Shown here piece by piece: positions 1-13,353 of a stretch of 64,000 nucleotides of DNA. The stretch lies in NCBI RefSeq assembly GCF_964355755.1, contig NC_092675.1, positions 11,031,812-11,095,811 of the forward strand, given 5' to 3'. Positions within the stretch are counted from its first letter, which is position 1. Each line of letters begins with the position of its first letter. The position numbers and the translations under genes were made by a program. The notes beneath the pieces were generated by a model, which was not told where the DNA came from, searched no databases, and saw only the letters and a program-made list of their open reading frames with translations. This DNA comes from Antedon mediterranea. Its lineage: Eukaryota > Animalia > Echinodermata.

Positions 1-3000
1 CTGCCAAAATCATGTAATAAAAAAGTTATATCATTATTACATTATATTCATATCCAGTTCAGTACCACACTGCAATTTATGACTCAATGTTTACAACAAA
101 TTGTTGCTAAAAAACACAAAAATCAATGGTCCTCTAGTCATTCATTTAAAATGTTATTATCAACTGTACAATACATAAGATAATAAAGAAATATACAATT
201 TATGGAATGCTATAAATACAATACATTATCTATATAAAACAAATTACTGCTATATAATTCAAATTTCCAATTAATAATAATAAAAAAAAATTATATAAAA
301 TTTTAAATTCAAGTGAAAGGGGCAGAGACAAATAAACTACCATATCTTCCTTCTTCTTCCACTGCCATAGTTTTGATTTTCTATTGTAGAATGGGGCCGT
401 TTGATTATTACTCCATGGTTAAAACAAACAAACCTGTATGAATTGTTGTTAAACATGAGGATAATTAACATGTAGTCTTTGATTGATAATATTATTGGTT
501 TTTTTTTATGTCTATTTGCTAAAGACCTTAATTGCTAAACACTTTTTCAGAAGCTTCTTTCAGGCAAATTTTCTTTGTATACATTTGCTTCAATGTTAGG
601 TTCCCTAATTTTTTTTTGTATGTTTTTTTTACTAATTAAAATATTAATTTGTTCACACACATTTTGGATAATTATACACCTTTTGTCAAAAGTCTTGTTC
701 ATATGTGTTGTCGGTCATAAGCAGTTTACAGATCTTGATGGTCATAAGTGAAATATTGTTACAATAAAACAATTGGTTAAACTATGTTTACTACCTCTCT
801 TGATGTGACCAGCATTTAATATATTGAAGGCGCGATCATTTTTAGTAGAACTTGCTCCATTGAGAGTAGTTCATATAGACATGATCACTGTTAAACTGAG
901 CCAATTTTATTTCTTTTAGTGTATAAATAATGCATGTTTTATTACTAATTTAGGGGAAAAAGTGGTTTATATCTCATTATTCGCATAGTAAATATAATTT
1001 TTGAAATGTTTATCCAGACAAACTTTAATATCAAATTTAAATTAATATACATTTTAAAAATGTTAATAAATTAAAGCTGAGATTAAGCACTTTCAATGTG
1101 GCACTGTCAACCAAAAAGATGGCATCATAGGTAGCAAATATACAGAGCAAACTTTCTTCATGTTTTATTACAGTTTATAGGTGGCACGTTGTGCAGTGAT
1201 ACCGGCTATAGTATTTGCGGTGCCAAGATCGATTCCCATCGGGGAAAATGTAGACAGATTATCTTTTATATATTATAAACTGACAAAAATCAATGCATAT
1301 AACCTATACAGTAAATTGTCATAGTGACGAATTAAATCTAGTTTTTATAAATGATTTTTTCATGATGCCATGAAATACTACGTGTAGCAACAATACTTTC
1401 TTTGTACTCCATTATTTTGAAGGTACGCACATCTAGAATTAAAGAAATTGCCAAAATGATGTTGTTGATAAACAATTCAAGTATTTTCATAGATATATTT
1501 CATAGATTATTTATTTATTGTGTTTTAATAAAATTACAGCAAGTAGTCATATGACTCACAAAAAAAAACACACTTAAAATTAACTATAAAAAATGCAATT
1601 TAAAAAAGATACATCAATAAAGTAAATTTATCTATATGTCTTTATAAATTAGGCATATAAACTATTGTAAGGATGGGTGATTTTTTAGTAGTTCTTCTAA
1701 CAATATTTTATCCTCTAACATACATACCCAGTGTGAAGGGAACACACATTAATTTTAAATCAATTCAAAAGATTTATAGCATCCTACAAAAAATGTGAAC
1801 TATAAAAATTAAAATGTCGTCCAAGTTTCTACACAGGCCCCATGGGACTAAAATACATGTTCATATAGGTATTTAGCAGATCTCATTCGTTATTTCTGCC
1901 AATAATGATGTATTTCTCAAGCTGTATATGTAGAAAACTATTATTACATGTACAATATCCTGTCACGATGTACTCGGTGTGTCAATCATTTCCCATACGT
2001 ATTGTTCACTATTTGATTTACAGGAGTGCCAAGGAGTGGCTGTGCTGTATTTCAAATACAGTAGTACTAAAAACATTTTTATACAATTCAATATGATTGA
2101 GAAGATGATTCGCATTCATTTAAGAAAATTTCAATTTAGTTTCTAACAATTTAACATTCAAGATTTTTATTAATACAGTAGGAAGTGAATATTGAGGAGA
2201 TTTGTCAGAAAACATGGATAGTTATTAAATAACCTCATAAAATAACCTTTACTTACATTCCCATATTATCTACTTACGTTTTATAAAAGTATAATTATGT
2301 CATCAATATTTGAATTTTTTTTAAATACATTGGTTTCTAATTGTCTATAGATTTGTATTTTGATTTTGTTTTTTATGAGTTTTTTAGAATTTTCACGCTG
2401 CTGCTCTAGCCCGCTACGTCCTATTAGGACTTCTCAATCAGAAGCTAAAGCAAGCAGCAGTTATAGTTCTAAGGACGACAGTTTTGCGAAAATGGAAACT
2501 CCACTATAATTTATAGATTTCCAGCTGCTAGACTCAAAAACGTCTGGGAAAAGAGTCTATTAGGACATGTCATGCTAAAATTACAAATCCCAAAGCATTT
2601 CTGGTATTTATGAGTCCCATTTGACTGTAATACTGACTTTTGACTGTAATTCACTGTCAGATATTCATTGAATTATTATCGAAACAGTCCATTAAAGTTT
2701 TGTGTTTGTAATAGGATACTTCACACTTGAAATATCTAGGGTTATGAAGTGACCCCCAGACTTGACCTTAGCAATAAAATTAACTAAAGTGACAGAAATT
2801 GAGTATTCACTTCTGTAACAAAAAATAATATTTATTCACATATAAAAAGAGAAAAGAAACCCCAAAACCATTGTCTGACAGACAATTTAAGTATTTGTTG
2901 CTTTAAATTACATTTTTTTCAGGTAAAATAACTATAGGCCTATGTGACAATAAAATGACACATTCAAAAACATTTGAAATAAAAAATATTTTTCAATAAG

Positions 3001-3565
3001 CGAGCAGCGTTTTTTGTAAGAAATATTTCTTGTTTAAGTCTACTACTACCTGTAATTATCATTTAAATGAACCAAAGTAGCAATATTTAATGAATTAGGA
3101 ATGCACTGCATCGATCCGCATATTGATAAACAATACTAAAAAGTTTAAAACCGCCATCGAGTGATAATTTAACAAGAATATTGTTTGATAGTATTTTAAA
3201 AATCAATTTTATTTGTTAGGTAAAACAAGTGCAGTAATAATAGTTAACGTTGATACTTTTTACTGCTAACAATTAATTTGATTAAAACATTGCTATTGGC
3301 TATTGCAATAAAAATTGTTTTATAATCACATTTTTGTATCATTTTTCTTTGTTTGTTTTGCTTCTGCTAGTGTTTGCTTGGTTGCTTTATTTGATTGCTT
3401 TCTCCACAACTTAGAGTACTTAAAGTATACCCACAATGCATGGCTAAATCATTTTTGTGTTACAAACGCAAAACTTCTGAAAGCAAGCATTTGCACCCAG
3501 GTTTTGATAAATTTAGCAGTTTTGTCTTAATTGTGATCTGTACTGCGATATTACTTTCAATACAG

Positions 3566-3801
3566 CTTTGGATAAGCTAGCATCGAGGGCACTCTTTCCG
3601 TCATTGCATTTTACCGGTATCCAGACAAGTGATGTGTTTGATATGGCTAGTCTACTTCTCTATGGTGCTCATGCCGTGCCGATCCGCTGTAAGATTATGT
3701 TGGATCATCTTTTCCGTGCTTTGAATCCTGTAGACATTAAACAAATTCTAGAGGGCCTTGGCTGGGATGAAAAAGACTATATGACTGGTTACATGTCCCA
3801 T
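3566..3801 (+). CDS. Basonuclin/disconnected-family gene, internal coding exon (conserved N-terminal region)
   Basis: Acceptor tacag|, donor |gtgagt. Translation (A)LDKLASRALFPS...VFDMASLLLYGAHAVPIRCKIMLDHLFRAL...ILEGLGWDEKDYMTGYMSH resembles the basonuclin N-terminal block. No upstream exon was found in the window. Confidence 0.9.
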
Positions 3802-3960
3802 GTGAGTACATTTTTTTATATCTTAAAGCAACTTAATATAAAATATATTTTATGTATATTTCGCGTTAATGTTTTTTAGAAACACATGACAAGTTAAGCT
3901 TTTTTTTTCTGGTAATTTGTTACTAATAAAATGGAAAAATGCGATTTAAATCTTGTTTAA

Positions 3961-4217
3961 AGATGTATTGTCCCCCAAAAACATGAAAAATGAAGATTAA
4001 TTAAATCAGAATTTGAATAGGTTATTTTGTAATTTTAATAAAGTCTATCACTTCAATGGAAAAAAAACAAGGCAGCCAATTTGAATATTTTTTGCTTTAA
4101 ATTACATTTTTTTAGTTCAAATTTTTATTCAAAGTGGAAAACTATTATGTGACATTAAAATGGAATATTTTGCAACAATTTTTTAAAGAATTATTTTTTC
4201 AGAGGGACAATACATCT
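3961..4217. mobile_element. Small non-autonomous TIR element (Kolobok-like, TTAA site) in the basonuclin intron
   Basis: TIRs AGATGTATTGTCCC / GGGACAATACATCT, flanked by ttaa and ttat. A related remnant lies at about 2895-2970. Confidence 0.65.
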
Positions 4218-4735
4218 TTATACATTTTTTTATCTAAATATACATAAAAAAAAAGTATATACTGTAAATTATAAAAAAAGTTCCCATATTATTTTATAAT
4301 GCAAATAAAAGTTTATGGCCCTCCTAAATAACAAGCCCTACCAAGTATAAAGTTTAAATTACATGAAAAAAATATATATATAGTGCTAACTGCATTTTCT
4401 TCATTAACATTTTTAGAACTATTATTTGTCATCAAAATTGTTTGAATATAAATGTTTCAATAATTGTGTCAACATTGCCATCTTATGTAAGGGAAAACAT
4501 ACAGTTCTAGTTGATGCAATATAGTGATATTGACACATTGAAAACTCTCAAAGCTGATTACAGTAGGTACCATTCTTTACACCAAAATCTATAGGATTTG
4601 CGGAAAATGCAGTATAGTACTATTTACATATCCAATTTCGGTCATTTTACACCTTATACAGGCAGTGATTGCTATTTATGGAGCACCCATTAGTTATATT
4701 ATTCATAGTGGGTATTATACTTGTTTAAATTCTAG

Positions 4736-7030
4736 GATGATGATGGAAAATTACGGAGATTGTGGCAGAAGACAACAGACGAAGAAGAGTTAATAATTCT
4801 CAACCAGTTCTTGCGTTTCTCTGAAACAAAATCAATGGCAGAACAAATGATATTTGAGATACAGCAACAGAACAATAATAAAAATTCAATACCAAAAACA
4901 CATAAATCTAACCTACAAGACTTTATTACAAATCTACGAGCATCAAAACGTCAATCTTCAGACATGCTTACAAGCCAATCTGTGTCGTGCACATCTAGCG
5001 ATCAGAGAATGGACTATGGGGAGCATGTCTTAAGTCCTGCAGAAGCATCAAAAGTAACACAGTCCTCCACTGAATATTCAACAAAACATTCCAGTTTGTT
5101 TTTAGATAGAATCAGTTTTCCATCACTTGTTCATAGTAAAGAACACAAAAAGTACTCTGATAAAATTCCATTTCCCCACAAGAAGATGAGACTGAACCAC
5201 ACAACACCAAACAAGGACTCTCAAAGACCACAGTATTGGGACATTGAAAGACATAGAAGAACAAAAGATGGATCTGTTCCTGGCCAAGTTATATTTAGGC
5301 CTGGTATGTTTACACCTGCCTTATCCTCCTCCATCAAAAATACACCAATGGTATGTTTGCCATCTAAGGTCAATATGCCACTAACTGCTTCTGATAATTT
5401 TCATGGGCCCATTAGGAAAGATGAATTGTTACCAATTTCTTCAGTTAGCCAAGGTTACAATCTGCTTTCATTATCTCCTATAACAACAGCTAAACAGATA
5501 CCAGCTCCATCATTGAGCTTGCCGTACACAAAGGAGACTCTACCATGCACACGTTTTCCAGATGAAAACGTCAATAAAGGTGATTCTTCATTCTCAGAGG
5601 AATCTTCAAACAACGAAGAAAACTTTTCAAATGATATGTCATCACCAAATACAAATTATTCGGAGCTTGATGCAAGTATGGAAAATTCCTGGCACATGAG
5701 TAACTGTAGTAAAAGAGTTCTTTGTAATATTTGTCAAAAGTGGTTCTATGATAAAGGAACGTGGAAAATTCATTTTGGTGCAGTTCATTTAAAAGTCAAA
5801 TATCACTGTACTGTGGAAGGATGTAATATGACTTTCAGCTCAATACGTAGCCGTAATCGGCACAGTTCAAATCCTAACCCAAAGATACATAAAAGCGAGC
5901 CAGTACACAGAAAGGCCTACACTCGTAAACAGCAGGATACAGGCAAAGTTCCCATGATTGAACTTCCCAGAAATACTATAAAGCAAGCAGGTTCTGATTC
6001 CGACGAAAGTTGTAATGATGAGGAACAAATCCATTTTAAAAAAGACACTTGCGTTTATTCAATGAAATGTAACAATGATCTTGAGGATTTATCCAAGGAT
6101 GAACCAACACAGCAGGATATTCAAATGCCTTCTGAACAATTTTGTAATTTAGCACCACCACCAGTCTCTAAAGTATTAACCCTCTGTGGACTTCCCTTTT
6201 CAAAGCGCTATATGCAGACATTGAAAACTGAACCAGAATCAAATAACGATGAAAGCCAGGCAAATAAACGAAAAAGCACTGTCCCTGTGAAATATAAGAG
6301 CACTTCTACTGTTCATGAGGAAATGGTTGATTCAGGTACAGAAGATGAAAGTCAGAGCTATACTGATGTGAACAATGGAGCCGATGAGGCTCCTACTGTA
6401 GATGTATTAATGGAAGTTGACAAAAATGAATTAAATGTAAGCACCAAGGATGTAAAACCAATGTTGATGAAGCAACATGTTGATGATGGTAACAGAATAG
6501 AACCTGTATCTCCAACTCTTGCCCATGGATACGGAGTGACAGGTCCACTTCCTCCTACGCCGGACAGTTCAGATCACTGTCATGAGGGAAAAGTATCAGA
6601 CGATTTCCAATTCAACATGGTTTCTCCAAAAGAAAAGAAAGATGCACAACACAATACTTGGCCAGTACTTGAGACACATGATCAGAAAACTCAAGACATT
6701 TTACCAGGTAGAATTGTTATTGAACATCCACCCACTGCTAAAAACGAGCAAGGACTGGTCTGTGAATTATGCTCAAAGATGTATTGCTCTGAAGAGAGAC
6801 TGAATGCTCATTACAAAAACATTCATTTAGGCGAAATGCTTGCATGTACTGTGCGTGGTTGTACAGCAACATTTCCTTCTGTACATAGTCGTAATAGACA
6901 CAGTTGCAATCTCAAATTACATAGTGATCTTGTCGGTCTGGAGAATGACACTGGACTTAGCAATATCAATGACCTTAATAAGCCAGGTCATGCCCACAGC
7001 AATCCAAACCAAACTGTTAACCCTCCTTAA
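4736..7030 (+). CDS. Basonuclin/disconnected-family gene, terminal exon with two pairs of C2H2 zinc fingers
   Basis: Acceptor ttctag| at 4735, phase 0 with the previous exon. Motifs EEELIILNQFLRFSETKSM, CNICQKWFYDKGTWKIHFGAVH, CTVEGCNMTFSSIRSRNRHSSNPNPKIH, then CELCSKMY...HYKNIH and CTVRGCTATFPSVHSRNRHSCNLKLH. Stop TAA at 7028-7030. Confidence 0.93.
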   Translation, partial: DDDGKLRRLWQKTTDEEELIILNQFLRFSETKSMAEQMIFEIQQQNNNKNSIPKTHKSNLQDFITNLRASKRQSSDMLTSQSVSCTSSDQRMDYGEHVLSPAEASKVTQSSTEYSTKHSSLFLDRISFPSLVHSKEHKKYSDKIPFPHKKMRLNHTTPNKDSQRPQYWDIERHRRTKDGSVPGQVIFRPGMFTPALSSSIKNTPMVCLPSKVNMPLTASDNFHGPIRKDELLPISSVSQGYNLLSLSPITTAKQIPAPSLSLPYTKETLPCTRFPDENVNKGDSSFSEESSNNEENFSNDMSSPNTNYSELDASMENSWHMSNCSKRVLCNICQKWFYDKGTWKIHFGAVHLKVKYHCTVEGCNMTFSSIRSRNRHSSNPNPKIHKSEPVHRKAYTRKQQDTGKVPMIELPRNTIKQAGSDSDESCNDEEQIHFKKDTCVYSMKCNNDLEDLSKDEPTQQDIQMPSEQFCNLAPPPVSKVLTLCGLPFSKRYMQTLKTEPESNNDESQANKRKSTVPVKYKSTSTVHEEMVDSGTEDESQSYTDVNNGADEAPTVDVLMEVDKNELNVSTKDVKPMLMKQHVDDGNRIEPVSPTLAHGYGVTGPLPPTPDSSDHCHEGKVSDDFQFNMVSPKEKKDAQHNTWPVLETHDQKTQDILPGRIVIEHPPTAKNEQGLVCELCSKMYCSEERLNAHYKNIHLGEMLACTVRGCTATFPSVHSRNRHSCNLKLHSDLVGLENDTGLSNINDLNKPGHAHSNPNQTVNPP

Positions 7031-7923
7031 ATCCATCCTTGAGTGAAAGCATTCCAAGTTACTAAAACAATTATATTATAGTATTTATAAATTTTCTTCC
7101 CTAATTATGTATTAATTAGTATTCTTTTTTATTGCAATAACAGTTTTTGTGAATATGTATCCTTGTATAACTTAAACATTCCATTTTTTATATGCAATGA
7201 AATAACAGTATGTGTACACATCATTGTTTTCTTTGATGCTTCTATTTATTTATCATTAATCATTAAGAATGTACTTAATTAAACATTTTCTTCATTAAAT
7301 ATTTATAAAAATATTATTCTATAATCCTGAGATTGCGCACAGAATTAGAGTGGGCTTTATAAATAATAGTAGTTGATATTTGTTGGCCAATGAGTTTATT
7401 GGAGTTTTTCTCAATATTCAACAATTTGAATTTGTAATGGAATAATTAAAGTACCATGCGAGTCGGTCATAACTCATTTTGATTTCACACAATCTGTTTA
7501 CGAGATACCTACTCATTTATATCAAATATTTTATTAACTGCAAATTTAATACCTATGCAAACTATGAATTTATTTAAAAAATTAAAATTATATTATAAAA
7601 TGTAATTATAGCCATATGTTGTCAGTATAACAGATTTCTAAAAAGACTTCAACACATCTTTTTGTATTCTATTTTCAATTTTGCATTTATAATATTTTAT
7701 AGGCAATATAGTGTGCTATCGTCAACATACAAAGATATTCCATAGAAAAAAGTGAGGAGAAAAAAAAGAGATGAATTTAATCCTTGGGGTGGGTAGGCTT
7801 TACCTACTGATACTGATAATTACAGTTTGAAACAATTAAGCATAATGTTGTAAGTGCGTAGAGTTGTTGCCAAGGGGTTAGTTGACTTTATTAATTAACC
7901 CAGAATAAGTTTTCCTAGTGAAA

Positions 7924-8780
7924 TAGTTATCCTAGTGGGGTAATTGTCATCAATGGGTATAGTTATCCTAGTGGGGTAATTGTCATCAATGGGTATAGTT
8001 ATCCTAGTGGGGTAATTGTCATCAATGGGTATAGTTATCTTAGTGGGGTAATTGTCATCAATGGGTATAGTTATCCTAGTGGGGTAATTGTCATCAATGG
8101 GTATAGTTATCCTAGTGGGGTAATTGTCATCAATGGGTATAGTTATCCTAGTGGGATAATTGTCATCAATGGGTATAGTTATCCTAGTGGGGTAGTTGTC
8201 ATCAATGGGTATAGTTATCCTAGTGGGGTAATTGTCATCAATGGGTATAGTTATCCTAGTGGGGTAATTGTCATCAATGGGTATAGTTATCCTAGTGGGG
8301 TAATTGTCATCAATTGGTATAGTTATCCTAGTGGGGTAATTGTCATCAATTGGTATAGTTATCCTAGTGAGGTAGTTATCCTAGTGGGGTAGTTGTCATC
8401 AATGGGTATAGTTATCCTAGTGGGGTACTTATCCTAGTGGGGTAGTTGTCATCAATGGGTATAGTTATCCTAGTGGGGTACTTATCCTAGTGGGGTAGTT
8501 GTCATCAATGGGTATAGTTATCCTAGTGGGGTACTTATCCTAGTGGGGTAGTTGTCATCAATGGGTATATTTATCCTAGTGGAGTAGTTATCCTAGTGGG
8601 GTAGTTGTCATCAATGGGTATAGTTATCCTAGTGGGGTACTTATCCTAGTTGGGTAGTTGTCATCAATGGGTATAGTTATCCTAGTGAGGTAGTTATCCT
8701 AGTGGAGTAGTTGTCCTTGTTCTAGGAGGGTAGTTGTCTTTGTTCTAGGAGGGTAGTTGTCTTTGTTCTAGGAGGATAGT
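7924..8780. repeat. Minisatellite: 36-bp unit (17+19 bp subunits) shifting to 53-bp and then about 23-bp units
   Basis: Unit TAGTTATCCTAGTGGGG+TAATTGTCATCAATGGGTA has period 36 from 7924. After about 8370 the 17-mer doubles. The array ends in TAGTTGTCTTTGTTCTAGGAGGG units. Confidence 0.95.
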
Positions 8781-10002
8781 TGTTGGGGAAGTAGTTGTGC
8801 TAGGAGGGTAGTTGGTTTGGGTGGTGGTTGCTGTAGAGGGTAGGGGTTGGGAAGATTGGAATTTTTTAGTATATTCAAGGAATAATTTTCAAAACATCTA
8901 CATTGATATCACATGCTAATACTAATAGTAATTTTTAGAAAATATTGCTCCTGCTATCCATACGAATCATTGGTTTAATACAGAGTTGGTTACAAAAGCT
9001 TTATGTATTTTAAGATTTGTGTGTGCTTCTAAAATAAGTTTTCTAAACATATGTTTGCTAGCTATTTACTCTAACAGAAAAACCCCAATATGTTACCATA
9101 CCATACAACTAAATTTTACTTTGATAGAATTAATCTTTCAACTAGATTTAATCATCCTTAATATAAAAAAGGGGCCATCACACTTTCAAGCCTGTAGGTG
9201 AATTTGTTTGCATGAATTGAAAGCTTAAGCTTATACGCATGAGTATTCATATTTCCATCTTCCAAATCCCTTTCTGCGACAAATTCTAGATTGACTTCAG
9301 AAAAATTAGTACTTTTGGAACGGTACTTTTTGCAAAATGAAGCAACCAATCACAGCTCAGAGAATGAGGTGTCACATGATCATGAGCACTCAGCAGATGT
9401 GTGGATAAAAATGAAAATTGCAGCTATTCACTTTTGTAATGGGAGAATAGCCTAATTTATTTTTTCACTGTGAAATAAGATTCCTGGGACTAAATTTACC
9501 TAGTGGAAAACAGGCTATAAAATTCGATTAAAAGACGATCCTTCCTCATAGTGACAGATCTAATACAAATAATTATCTCGATTAAGTTTCTCGATGACAA
9601 TGAACTTTATGTTCATGGTGATAGTACCATTTTACAGTTTATTTAACGGTGGAGGGAAAAGATTTTCTTTTGTAGTATTCTGATTGAACGGTTGAATAAA
9701 TATGATTTTGAATACTGTTTTTAAATTTAATGTTTTTAACGTCTTGTTGCTTGCTTGTTTCACTAATTAGGTATTTGGTGCATTACAAATTTATTCTTTT
9801 ATAGTTTGTCTTTGGTGTTGTTTTTTAATAAACTTTGAAGCAGTATATAAAATAAATTTTACATTATTCCTCATTATTGCTTTTGAGTGTTATTACCACC
9901 TTTGATGTCGTTTCATATTGATTCTTTATTTAATTTAAATGAGCAATATTTCAGTTTCTCATTTGATTAACGCTCACGCCTAGCGCATTTGTAAGTTTCA
10001 AG

Positions 10003-10039
10003 ATGCTGAATCAAAACTGGCTTGCATATGTCCAATACG
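10003..10039 (+). CDS. Cys/His-repeat + WD40 gene, putative first coding exon (MLNQNWLAYVQY)
   Basis: ATG at 10003, donor |gtgaga, phase 1 matches the next exon. A CCAAT box at about 9346 upstream suggests a promoter. Confidence 0.45.
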
Positions 10040-11221
10040 GTGAGATATTTTACTTGCCTGGAATAATGGCTACTGTACCTTAAAAAAGAGAGGGTGGTTA
10101 TGGTTCCCCAACAGATTTGTTTCCTAAGAAGATTTAACAATCCATAAGTATTTAAAATTGCCACACGTATTCACATTATTTATTTTCCCACAGTTATAAG
10201 TCACAGGTGTTTACCGGCAGAAAAAGTATGATTGTTTTTCTGATCATTGCACCCAAGATACGAATGTCATAAATGTATTTCATTAAATTTGTTTTGCCAA
10301 AGCTGTAATACAACACTCATTACTAACCGGGGTCCTCTCCCTCTCCCCCTGTCAGATTTGGCCCTGTTATAAGTAGAACCATCGAGCCACATACGTTAAT
10401 ACTACTGTAGAACCTGCAACTTATCATGCCACACTTTTTTTTGTTAAAATAAAATATATGAAGTGAAACTATAATTAAGAAAGAAACTAGATTTTTAACA
10501 AGTTTGTACAATCCAAGTATGACAAAACAAGTTGTACAATGTAAACATCTCACAGAAACCAAACAAAGGTTCGAGATTTAATGGATAAAAATAAGGATGC
10601 TATATAATAAAATAAATAAAGCGTACACTTTTTATTTGTTTGCTAAAATTGCTATTTGATAGGTTTTACATCTGTTAAAGTGTATTTTTCACCTTTTTGA
10701 TTGTTTCAATAACGATTTTTCCCCACCATAAAAGGGGACAATAGTTATACTACACAGTAGCATTGATCATATGGAATCTCCTTGATTTCAGCTCTTTTAT
10801 ATGAAGGAAATCTGCTTTGTTATTTAGTTTCTATAACGTAACCACAAATCTGGATTCTCAATTACTTCTCAGGATGTTATTATTATTTCTGTTTCATTTT
10901 AACTTGTCTATTCTTTATTCAAAATGTTTATTTTCATTTTTGTATTTAATAAATTCATACTTGAGTGCTTAACAGTTACAATTTGAGATTTGTATACACA
11001 CAATAGATGAGTCATCTCACTTAATCAGAATACCTGACACCAAATTTTCCCAGTTTTTTATTTTAGATAATTCTGTTTGTTAAAGAATACTGTAGAGTGG
11101 GCACTGATATTCCTTACAACATTTAATCAGCTTTCCGTTTGTGTATCAAAACTGTTCATGAGTTGTTATTTGTTAATCCTAAAAAAAATTGAATCTATTT
11201 TATAACACGCCTATAGATTCT

Positions 11222-11795
11222 GGTAACGGGACGATTCGGCCCCGAGACGATTCGGCCCGGGACGATTTAGCCCTGGGACGATTCGGCCCGGGACTATTCG
11301 GCCTGGGACGATTCGGCTTTGATATGCATTTCATAAAAAATAAGCTTTTCTCCCAACTTTATTTTCAGAGAGACGATAGGGTAGTACTACTAGGGATAAA
11401 GATGCAATAAAGCAAACATTTTGAAAACATTGTCGAAAATGATCATTTTTTAGTCATGCGAACGATGTAAACAAGTTACGCCCTCTGTTGGCCGCTTGGC
11501 GAATGCACGAAATAAACAAGGTTTCCGAAATTGAATATAAAATTACGTTTTTTTAGTAATTTATTACAGTATATATATTATATCAACATTGTCAATATCA
11601 ATAAAATAAGGATTGATAAACACCTTTAAAAACTTGATAAATACCCAAAAAAATAAATATGAATTTTGTCTAAGGTGAGACGTTTCGGCCCACAAAGTGG
11701 GATGTTTCGGCCCAAAAGTGGGCCGAATCGTCCCACCAAAAGTGGGCCGAATAGTCCCGGGCCGAATCGTCGCAGGGCCGAATTGTCCTGGAACC
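11222..11795. mobile_element. MITE with GG termini, 8-bp target-site duplication (TSD) and tandem subterminal GGGACGATTCGGCCC repeats (Merlin/MULE-like)
   Basis: TSD TAGATTCT at 11214-11221 and 11796-11803. The subterminal repeat arrays are inverted at the two ends. Confidence 0.9.
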
Positions 11796-12091
11796 TAGAT
11801 TCTTTTCATTTGACACAATTGAGTAATTTCTTTATCAACTGCCCTGTTATTTTCATCACACAGCTCCAAAATATTACAACATTCAGAATTGCAGATATAA
11901 CTTTTAAATATTAAACTAAACAAAAGGTTTACGAAAAATTAATTAAAAAAATATTATAATAACTTGCAACCAATCTAAAGCCTTATCTCCCTGTGTGCAA
12001 AATCTGCACACAGGGTAACCCCACATTTTATTTATTTTCATTTACTTTTTGCTTTTCATTTTTTTTATTTATATTTTATATTTTTTACTAG

Positions 12092-12120
12092 ATGCATTAA
12101 CAGAAGAAGAAGTATTTAAA
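12092..12120 (+). CDS. Cys/His-repeat + WD40 gene, 29-nt exon ((D)ALTEEEVFK)
   Basis: Long pyrimidine tract then ctag|, donor |gtgagt. Joins in phase 0 to the exon at 14134. Confidence 0.7.
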
Positions 12121-13085
12121 GTGAGTATTGGTATAATGATATGACGTATTGGGAGTTCTACTACATACTAACAATATAGACAGTTTACAAGATATTTATA
12201 AATTTTGATAATATTAATAATGATTAATAACATAATACAAATTAAAAATTGCGAGCTGTGACATATATAATTAATCATTTGACTTGAATGCTGATCACAA
12301 ATTTTTAATAATAGACCCATTCAAAGCTTGTTTTTTAATACATTTTTAAAGAAAACCAATTAACATGAAAATATGTAATATAATATAAATTACATTATAT
12401 AATCTGAAAATTTGATGTATATGTTGACGATAAACAAAATTCACCAAGTTTAAAGAACCAATAGCGGATGAGCCAGCTCAGTGAACTTGAGTTGCTGATC
12501 GAGTCAAGATCATGCAACACGCAACAGTTACCCAACGATAGGCTTGTGGATAAAAAAATTAGTACAATTAGCTTGACAATAAATTCATTCATTCCAGCCA
12601 CAATCAACAAACCTTTTAAGGTTTAAAGGAGGGAAGAGCCAGGACCATTCCCCCCAATACAATCCCAATCAGGTACTTTGTTACTCAAACGCCAGTCTCT
12701 CCACCCCACCTCCTCCCAACACACTCCTTACTGGGTGATGTGTTTAAGATGTTTCCAGTACAAATTATGTTGAACCACTCCCAACCCAACCCCTCAGTGG
12801 CAGTTTTCAAATCAAATGTAGGGTAAAACATTCTCAGTAAAGTTTTAGTCATGTAGGCCTAAACCACTCTAAACTCCCAACTTCTCCCCAGGGATAATTA
12901 AAATACTAAAATTTCCTACTACAATTCTGGTCAATTTGATAGCCACTACCCTTAGCCCAAGCAAAAATCCCAACCATGCCCTCAATCCCAACTCTCTACC
13001 CACCCCCGCGCTCGGGTAATTTTTTAACCTTCCCGGTACAATTGCGGTCATTTTGATACCCAATGTATGGTTTCGTGCGATAAAC

Positions 13086-13353
13086 CAACGTACAAACTCT
13101 CTCACTTATAATATAGATATTAAACAACAATCTTATGTAGTCACGTTGACAACAAGTATAAAAGGTCACTTATTATAACTATGTTAAATCGGGCTTACAA
13201 ACTATCGTCGACCCACCAGCAACGTACAAACTCTCTCACTTATAATATAGATATTAAACAACAATCTTATGTAGTCACGTTGACAACAAGTATAAAAGGT
13301 CACTTATTATAACTATGTTAAATCGGGCTTACAAACTATCGTCGACCCACCAG
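13086..13353. repeat. 134-bp tandem duplication spanning the Penelope 5' junction
   Basis: 13086-13219 is repeated at 13220-13353 with no differences seen by eye. Confidence 0.95.

Noticed and set aside
1181-1250. Upstream basonuclin exon or tRNA-like sequence
   Set aside because: No basonuclin-like translation or good donor site; at most a very degenerate SINE head.
7924-8710. 36-bp periodic array as a CRISPR array
   Set aside because: The units are contiguous with no unique spacers, there are no cas genes, and the context is eukaryotic.
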